Positions 18,437 through 23,638 of a stretch of 26,238 bases of DNA are shown here, piece by piece. The DNA lies in IMG/VR virus record IMGVR_UViG_3300012952_000115, positions 1 to 26,238 of that record, one strand, 5' to 3'. The stretch's first letter is position 1; each line of letters starts with the position of its first letter. Origin of the DNA: a virus. Lineage: Duplodnaviria > Caudoviricetes. The notes under the pieces were generated by a model that had not been told where the DNA came from, made no database searches, and worked only from the letters and a program-made list of their open reading frames with translations. A program made the position numbers and the translations under genes.

Positions 18437-18771
18437 TGAAAATGGTAAGAAAAATAGCAGAAAGTATTTGGAATGCTGTAAAGAGGGCAGCAGGCGCATG
18501 CGTTAGCACAGTCAGAGCGCTTCCGTGGAGGAAGATGTATGTTACACTCTCAGTCACAGCGTTTGCTGTTGTCTTTTTGGGAGGAGCCTACTACCTTGCA
18601 GATGACTCTTACAGCAGAGGATATGAACAAGGTGAGCGTGCAGGCCAATGTCAAATTGGCTGTGCCATGATGGACGCAAATTACAGCTTTCACGATGAAG
18701 ATGGAGCATGTTGGTGCAGTGACGATGCTGGCATGTATTACTTCGTGATCCCGCTGAGCAGCGACTTTTAA
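18436..18771 (+). CDS. small membrane protein with Cys-rich C-terminus
   Basis: Basic N-terminus, TM-like YVTLSVTAFAVVFLGGAYYLA, then CQIGC...CWC; TAATG overlap with the previous gene. Confidence 0.75.
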   Translation: MKMVRKIAESIWNAVKRAAGACVSTVRALPWRKMYVTLSVTAFAVVFLGGAYYLADDSYSRGYEQGERAGQCQIGCAMMDANYSFHDEDGACWCSDDAGMYYFVIPLSSDF

Positions 18772-18789
18772 AAAAGTTAAAAAAAGTGC

Positions 18790-18818
18790 TTGACAAGTGC
18801 TGCAAAGTAGTATATATT
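18790..18818 (+). promoter_or_regulatory. strong sigma70-type promoter for ssb-recA
   Basis: TTGACA(18790-95)-N17-TATATT(18813-18) with upstream A-tracts (UP-element-like). Confidence 0.85.
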
Positions 18819-18833
18819 ATAGACACACTTTAG

Positions 18834-18857
18834 CAGGATAAGAAATTTGTTATCCTG
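18834..18857 (+). promoter_or_regulatory. hairpin in the ssb 5' leader
   Basis: CAGGATAA-gaaatttg-TTATCCTG, a perfect 8-bp stem with no U-tract. Confidence 0.6.
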
Positions 18858-18897
18858 ACTCAAGGCCAACCAGCCACAAAACAAAAAAGGAGAAAAA

Positions 18898-19680
18898 ATG
18901 GCAATTGATATGAGTAAGATGAGAGCCCGAAAGCAGGCTCTTGAAAATCGAGGCAGCGGAGGAGGATCTAAGTTTTGGCGCCCACAAGACGGCGAACAGA
19001 CGATTCGTATTGTTCCGACTGCCGATGGAGATCCGTTCAAGGATTTCTGGTTCCACTATAATGTGGGAGACAATCCGGGCTTTTTAAGTCCGAAGAAGAA
19101 CTTCGGAGAGGATGACCCTCTTGATGCATTCGTGCGTAAACTTTTTAACGAGGGAACGGAGGATAGCGTACGCATGGCAAAGAACTTAATGGCGCGCCAG
19201 CGCTTCTTTGCCCCTGTTATCGTCCGAGGCGAAGAAGCAAAGGGTGTACGCATCTGGGGCTTCGGTAAGACTGTGTACGAGCAGCTTATCAATCTTGTGT
19301 TGAATCCCGAGTACGGAGACATCACAGACCCAGAGACAGGTACCGACTTGGTTCTCCACTATGGAAAGCCAGCCGGAGCATCCTTTCCTCAAACCAAGCT
19401 GACCCCGCGACGCCGACATAGTCCTCTTTGCGATGAGACTAACGGTGGAGACGAGTACTGTGCTGAACTCATGGAGAATATTCCTGACTTCAACACTTTG
19501 TTTGAGCGGAAGACGCCTCAAGAGGTCGGCGATATGCTCGATGCCTTCCTATTGGGAGACGAAGGAGCAGAAGCAACTTCTTCTGAAACGGAGAAATACA
19601 GCAGCACCACTGTGCCCCCCGGATCCACTGCTACGACGAACAGTGTTGACCGTGCTTTCGATGAATTAATGAACGCATAG
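18898..19680 (+). CDS. single-stranded DNA-binding protein (gp32-like)
   Basis: KFWRP..GEQTIRIVP, FWFHY, GVRIWGFGKTVYEQL, YGDITDPETGTDL, acidic tail DRAFDELMNA; AAGGAG SD. Confidence 0.88.
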   Translation: MAIDMSKMRARKQALENRGSGGGSKFWRPQDGEQTIRIVPTADGDPFKDFWFHYNVGDNPGFLSPKKNFGEDDPLDAFVRKLFNEGTEDSVRMAKNLMARQRFFAPVIVRGEEAKGVRIWGFGKTVYEQLINLVLNPEYGDITDPETGTDLVLHYGKPAGASFPQTKLTPRRRHSPLCDETNGGDEYCAELMENIPDFNTLFERKTPQEVGDMLDAFLLGDEGAEATSSETEKYSSTTVPPGSTATTNSVDRAFDELMNA

Positions 19681-19697
19681 CCGGTACAGCCCACAGG

Positions 19698-19722
19698 GAG
19701 GCATAGGGAAATCAGGTGCCTC
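19698..19722 (+). other. intergenic stem-loop between ssb and recA
   Basis: GAGGCA...TGCCTC stem around a 13-nt loop; no poly-U tail. Confidence 0.4.
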
Positions 19723-19747
19723 ACTTCTTAACACACAAGAGGACTTA

Positions 19748-20866
19748 ATGGCTAGAAGTAAAACGACGAAAGTTGGAAAGCTTTCAATGGCAGATATGCG
19801 CGCACTTATTAACAAGAAGGCGGGACAGAATGTTGCACACAACCTTACAGAAGACAACCCAACTGCTGTCAAGGATTGGATTCCTACTGGATCAAGATGG
19901 CTTGACTCGATCATCTGTCGTGGTCGACTCGCTGGTGTTCCGGTTGGAAAAATTGTTGAAATCGCAGGCTTAGAAGCAACGGGTAAATCATACATGGCGG
20001 CCCAAGTTGCCGCTAACGCTCAAAAGATGGGCATCGATGTCGTATATTTCGATTCAGAGTCTGCCATCGATCCTAGCTTTTTGGAGCGATCAGGTTGCGA
20101 TGTAAATAATTTACTGTATGTGCAAGCAGCTTCTGTCGAGTTTGTTTTAGAAACGATCGAGGAGTTATTAGGCTCTAACGATAATCGCATGTTGTTTATT
20201 TGGGATTCGTTAGCGTTGACCCCGGCCATTTCTGATATTGAGGGTGACTTCAACCCTTTATCATCGATGGCGGTTAAGGCTAGGATCTTGGCCAAGGGCA
20301 TGTCCAAGTTAACCGTGCCCATTGCGAACTCACAGAGCACTTTCCTTGTGCTTAATCAGCTTAAGACTAATATCACTCGCTCGCCATCTGAGGCGCTTAC
20401 AACGCCTTATATGACGCCCGGTGGCAAGGCTATGATATATGCATATTCATTACGCATTTGGCTGACAGGACGCAAAGCAAAGGCCAGCTTTGTTTTGGAT
20501 GAGAAGGGGTTTCGCATAGGCTCTTCGGTCAAGGTGAAGCTTGAAAAATCGCGATTTGGAACACAGGGTCGACAATGTAATTTTAGAATTTTATGGGGAG
20601 ATAAAATAGGTGTACAGGATGAAGAAAGTTGGTTTGATGCTATTGCGGGCTCGTCGCGACTTAAGCGTTCGGGAGCTTGGTATGAGTTGCTTGATACGAA
20701 TGGCAAGGCGCTTGGCGCGAAATTCCAAGCCACCAAATGGACAGACAGACTCACGGACGAGGAATTTCGAAGTAATGTTTTAGACATTATGGAAGAAGAG
20801 ATCGTAATGAAATTTGATAAGCGAGAAGGTTCTGCGGATGATTTTTATGGAGAAAATGATGAATAA
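19748..20866 (+). CDS. recA: RecA/UvsX recombinase
   Basis: WIPTGSRWLD, Walker A GLEATGKS, YFDSESA, Walker B FIWDSLA, LNQLK, TPGGKA and KSRF. Confidence 0.97.
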   Translation: MARSKTTKVGKLSMADMRALINKKAGQNVAHNLTEDNPTAVKDWIPTGSRWLDSIICRGRLAGVPVGKIVEIAGLEATGKSYMAAQVAANAQKMGIDVVYFDSESAIDPSFLERSGCDVNNLLYVQAASVEFVLETIEELLGSNDNRMLFIWDSLALTPAISDIEGDFNPLSSMAVKARILAKGMSKLTVPIANSQSTFLVLNQLKTNITRSPSEALTTPYMTPGGKAMIYAYSLRIWLTGRKAKASFVLDEKGFRIGSSVKVKLEKSRFGTQGRQCNFRILWGDKIGVQDEESWFDAIAGSSRLKRSGAWYELLDTNGKALGAKFQATKWTDRLTDEEFRSNVLDIMEEEIVMKFDKREGSADDFYGENDE

Positions 20867-20916
20867 AAGTGACACTGATGCGTCTATAATACATCATTTG
20901 AACCAAGGAGAATAAA

Positions 20917-21201
20917 ATGATTTTACTAATTGCCGCCCTGTTTTTATCGACAGGCTCAGTAGCCGATGCTCACCCCGTTCGCAGAGGCCACAGCCCTGTA
21001 GCACACGCAATTCACCATCGAGCCACAATACCTATCCCGCCGCCACATGCCATGCATCGCGGATATACTGTCACATACCATCGACACCGATGGGTATACC
21101 CGCACAGTAACCCAACAATGATTTGGAGATATGTTCCTGGCCACCGCAACTTTCGAGGTGTTTGGGTACCCGGACATTGGCGAGTGGTAGTTAAACGATA
21201 A
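20917..21201 (+). CDS. small secreted His/Pro/Arg-rich protein with WxxVPGH repeats
   Basis: Signal-peptide-like MILLIAALFLSTGSVADA; WRYVPGH and GVWVPGHW; AAGGAG SD. Confidence 0.75.
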   Translation: MILLIAALFLSTGSVADAHPVRRGHSPVAHAIHHRATIPIPPPHAMHRGYTVTYHRHRWVYPHSNPTMIWRYVPGHRNFRGVWVPGHWRVVVKR

Positions 21202-21211
21202 AGAAAATCGC

Positions 21212-21240
21212 TTGACTTAACTGCCCTTATATGGTATATT
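21212..21240 (+). promoter_or_regulatory. sigma70-type promoter with extended -10
   Basis: TTGACT(21212-17)-N17-TATATT(21235-40), with TG at 21232-33. Confidence 0.8.
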
Positions 21241-21267
21241 ATTATCATATGAGGGCCTTTTATATAC

Positions 21268-21537
21268 ATGAGCAGCAAGAACAAGATAAAATTACAAGTG
21301 GGGGATCTGATCGTGATTGGAAACTCTAATTTTGTGATTGGCCGGCCAACATCCGAAGGTAATTACAAGTGCGGAATATTGGTAAGAAAACAGGCGCCCT
21401 ACACAGACCGCAGAAAGAAACAATCAGTGGGCGCTTTATGGAAAATATTAGGCTGGGAGTCCCGAGTCCTAGAGAGCTTCTTAAAGCGCATGATCAATGA
21501 AAAAACAATTCAACATTACCCGGTGAGATACAAATGA
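21268..21537 (+). CDS. hypothetical basic protein
   Basis: 89 aa directly after the promoter; the LQVGDLIVI start is typical of small SH3/KOW-like phage proteins. Confidence 0.65.
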   Translation: MSSKNKIKLQVGDLIVIGNSNFVIGRPTSEGNYKCGILVRKQAPYTDRRKKQSVGALWKILGWESRVLESFLKRMINEKTIQHYPVRYK

Positions 21538-22490
21538 ACAGGAGTCATCAACATATGAGAAACTACGGCTATGCGTGCATCAACAAGACATTTTCCGACC
21601 GTCCTAAGTCGCAACGCATCACTACCAATCGCACTATGATCAAGCGCACATTCCAAGAGCGCGGCATCAAATATGCTTCAGAACTATCACTACAGAATTT
21701 GCGCGACCTACGCAAGATCCTACAGTGGAATCTTGACAACGACATTTATTTCTTTCGCATCTCTTCTGACATTATCCCATGGGCCAGCGAATACAACATA
21801 GAGGACATGCCTAACTACGGCGCCATCCATGCAGCTGCATTGTCGGCCGGCAACTTTGCGCGCCAGCACGGCATGCGAATCACCTCTCACCCCGGCCCAT
21901 TCAACAAACTTGCCTCTCCCAAAGAGCGCGTCTTTCAGCTTACAGCTACGGACTTGACTGTGCATGCCGACTTGTTCGACCTCATCGGCTTGCCTCGCAC
22001 TCCGTATGCCAAGCTTAACATTCATGTTGGTGCTGCTTACGGTGATAAACCGTTCGCCCTCGACAATTTCTGTCGCAACTTTGAACGCCTGCCGGAGTCT
22101 GTGCGCTCACGCCTTACCGTCGAGAACGACGACAAAGCATCGTTGTACTCTACGCAAGAGTTATATGAAGGCGTGTATAAGCGCATCGGCATCCCTATTG
22201 TGTTCGACTACCATCACCACATGTTGCATCCCGGTGGTCAGACCGAGCAAGAGGCCCTTGAATTAGCACTGTCCACATGGGGTGATGTCAAGCCTGTTGT
22301 TCACTACGCAGAATCACGCTCTGTCGAACACAACAATCCTAAGATTAAACCACAAGCCCACTCAGATATGATTCGCAATCCGTTCAATGACTATGGTCAC
22401 GATTTAGATGTAATGATCGAGGCCAAGCACAAAGAACAGGCTCTCCTAGAATACAGACAAATGATGAATAAAGAGAGGATGGCAGGGTGA
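21534..22490 (+). CDS. uvsE: UV damage endonuclease UvsE/UVDE (true start probably ATG 21555)
   Basis: GYACIN, FFRISSDIIPW, RITSHPGPF, NIHVG, RLTVENDDK, VFDYHHH, HYAES, AHSD and DVMIEAKHKE; AGGAG at 21540-44 favours the 21555 start. Confidence 0.96.
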   Translation: MNRSHQHMRNYGYACINKTFSDRPKSQRITTNRTMIKRTFQERGIKYASELSLQNLRDLRKILQWNLDNDIYFFRISSDIIPWASEYNIEDMPNYGAIHAAALSAGNFARQHGMRITSHPGPFNKLASPKERVFQLTATDLTVHADLFDLIGLPRTPYAKLNIHVGAAYGDKPFALDNFCRNFERLPESVRSRLTVENDDKASLYSTQELYEGVYKRIGIPIVFDYHHHMLHPGGQTEQEALELALSTWGDVKPVVHYAESRSVEHNNPKIKPQAHSDMIRNPFNDYGHDLDVMIEAKHKEQALLEYRQMMNKERMAG

Positions 22491-22654
22491 AATTTTTAAC
22501 TGACTTCTTTAGCAAGAGAAAGCGAAACAAGATTACAAAACAAATATCTAAGCTACAAGAACAGGCAATGATTTATCAGCGTAATGGCAACTTGCGCGGG
22601 TTAGCTTACATTACAGAACAGATTACAGAATTGGAGAAGCAGATTAATGACTGA
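22487..22654 (+). CDS. small coiled-coil protein (55 aa), resembles DUF6435/Lacal_2735-type proteins
   Basis: GTG start overlapping the uvsE stop (GTGA); MKFLTDFFSKRKRNKITKQISKLQEQAMIYQRNGNLRGLAYITEQITELEKQIND; fills the gap exactly; below the ORF-track cutoff. Family resemblance is from memory. Confidence 0.75.
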   Translation: MKFLTDFFSKRKRNKITKQISKLQEQAMIYQRNGNLRGLAYITEQITELEKQIND

Positions 22655-23624
22655 GGGAATGAAACGAGTTTTGATTATTGATGCGCTCAATATGTACTTC
22701 CGGGCCTATATTGTAAACCCTAGTTTGTCGACCAACGGCCAGCCGATCGGCGGAGTGAAAGGATTTCTAGGTATACTGCAGAAGCTCATCAGGGACACAA
22801 AGCCGGACGAGATTATTGTCTGTTGGGACGGAGAGGGTGGCTCGCAACGCCGCAAATCCCAAGATAAGAACTATAAGCAAGGCAGGAAACCAATTCGCCT
22901 TAACCGGGATATTCGCAACTTGTCAGAAGCAGAAGAAGTTGCAAATAAAATTTGGCAGCAGACAAGGTTAGCAGAATATCTAAATCAGCTGCCAATTATA
23001 CAGACAGTTCTGCCAGCCGTCGAAGCGGATGATATAATTTCGTTCGTGTGCCAAAACAAAAAGTATGATGGTTGGCAAAAAGTAATCGTCTCTAGCGATA
23101 AAGATTTCTTTCAGTTGTGTGATAATGATACAGTCTTGTTCCGCCCAATACAAAAGCAGGTGTTGAATTCTAACAGGATTGTGGAAGAGTTCGGAATACA
23201 TCCGGTAAACTTTGCTCTTGCCCGCGCCATCGTCGGAGATAGAAGCGACAATCTACCCGGAATTAAAGGTGTCGGACTGTCTACTGTGGCGAAGCGTTTT
23301 CCTTTTTTGGTTGAGGAGCACTCTCACACGATTGATGACATTATTAAGCTTTGCGAAACCTCCGAAAATAAACTTAAAGTTTTTGACACAATAGTAGAAA
23401 ATCGCAAAGTTGTCGAACACAACTATAAGATGATGCAATTATATGCGCCGTCTATTAGCGTACAAGGAAAACAAAAGCTCCGTTATATTCTTGAAAACTT
23501 CGAACATGAGCTGAATCAAACTACTTTTAAAACTATGATGATCGAAGATGGCTTCGGAGTCGTTGATTTTGTAGATTTATTTGCGTCCATGAAAAGAATT
23601 GTGGCCAACAACGCATCAGAATAA
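22647..23624 (+). CDS. 5'-3' exonuclease / flap endonuclease (T4 RNase H / Pol I N-terminal-like)
   Basis: LIIDALN, WDGEGGSQRR, YKQGR, EADDII, SSDKDFFQL and GDRSDNLPGIKGVG. Confidence 0.95.
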   Translation: MTEGMKRVLIIDALNMYFRAYIVNPSLSTNGQPIGGVKGFLGILQKLIRDTKPDEIIVCWDGEGGSQRRKSQDKNYKQGRKPIRLNRDIRNLSEAEEVANKIWQQTRLAEYLNQLPIIQTVLPAVEADDIISFVCQNKKYDGWQKVIVSSDKDFFQLCDNDTVLFRPIQKQVLNSNRIVEEFGIHPVNFALARAIVGDRSDNLPGIKGVGLSTVAKRFPFLVEEHSHTIDDIIKLCETSENKLKVFDTIVENRKVVEHNYKMMQLYAPSISVQGKQKLRYILENFEHELNQTTFKTMMIEDGFGVVDFVDLFASMKRIVANNASE

Positions 23625-23631
23625 CTATTTA
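23624..23631 (+). promoter_or_regulatory. candidate late promoter ACTATTTA, near-leaderless
   Basis: Identical to the octamer upstream of the sheath gene; 7 nt separate it from ATG 23639. Confidence 0.5.
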
Positions 23632-23638
23632 TTAGGTA

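Noticed and set aside
19748-20866. Intein in RecA
   Set aside because: Normal length with contiguous motifs; no intein termini.
1796-23438. Many 60-130 aa nested or antisense ORFs
   Set aside because: They lie within motif-supported + strand genes and show no recognisable domains or expression signals.
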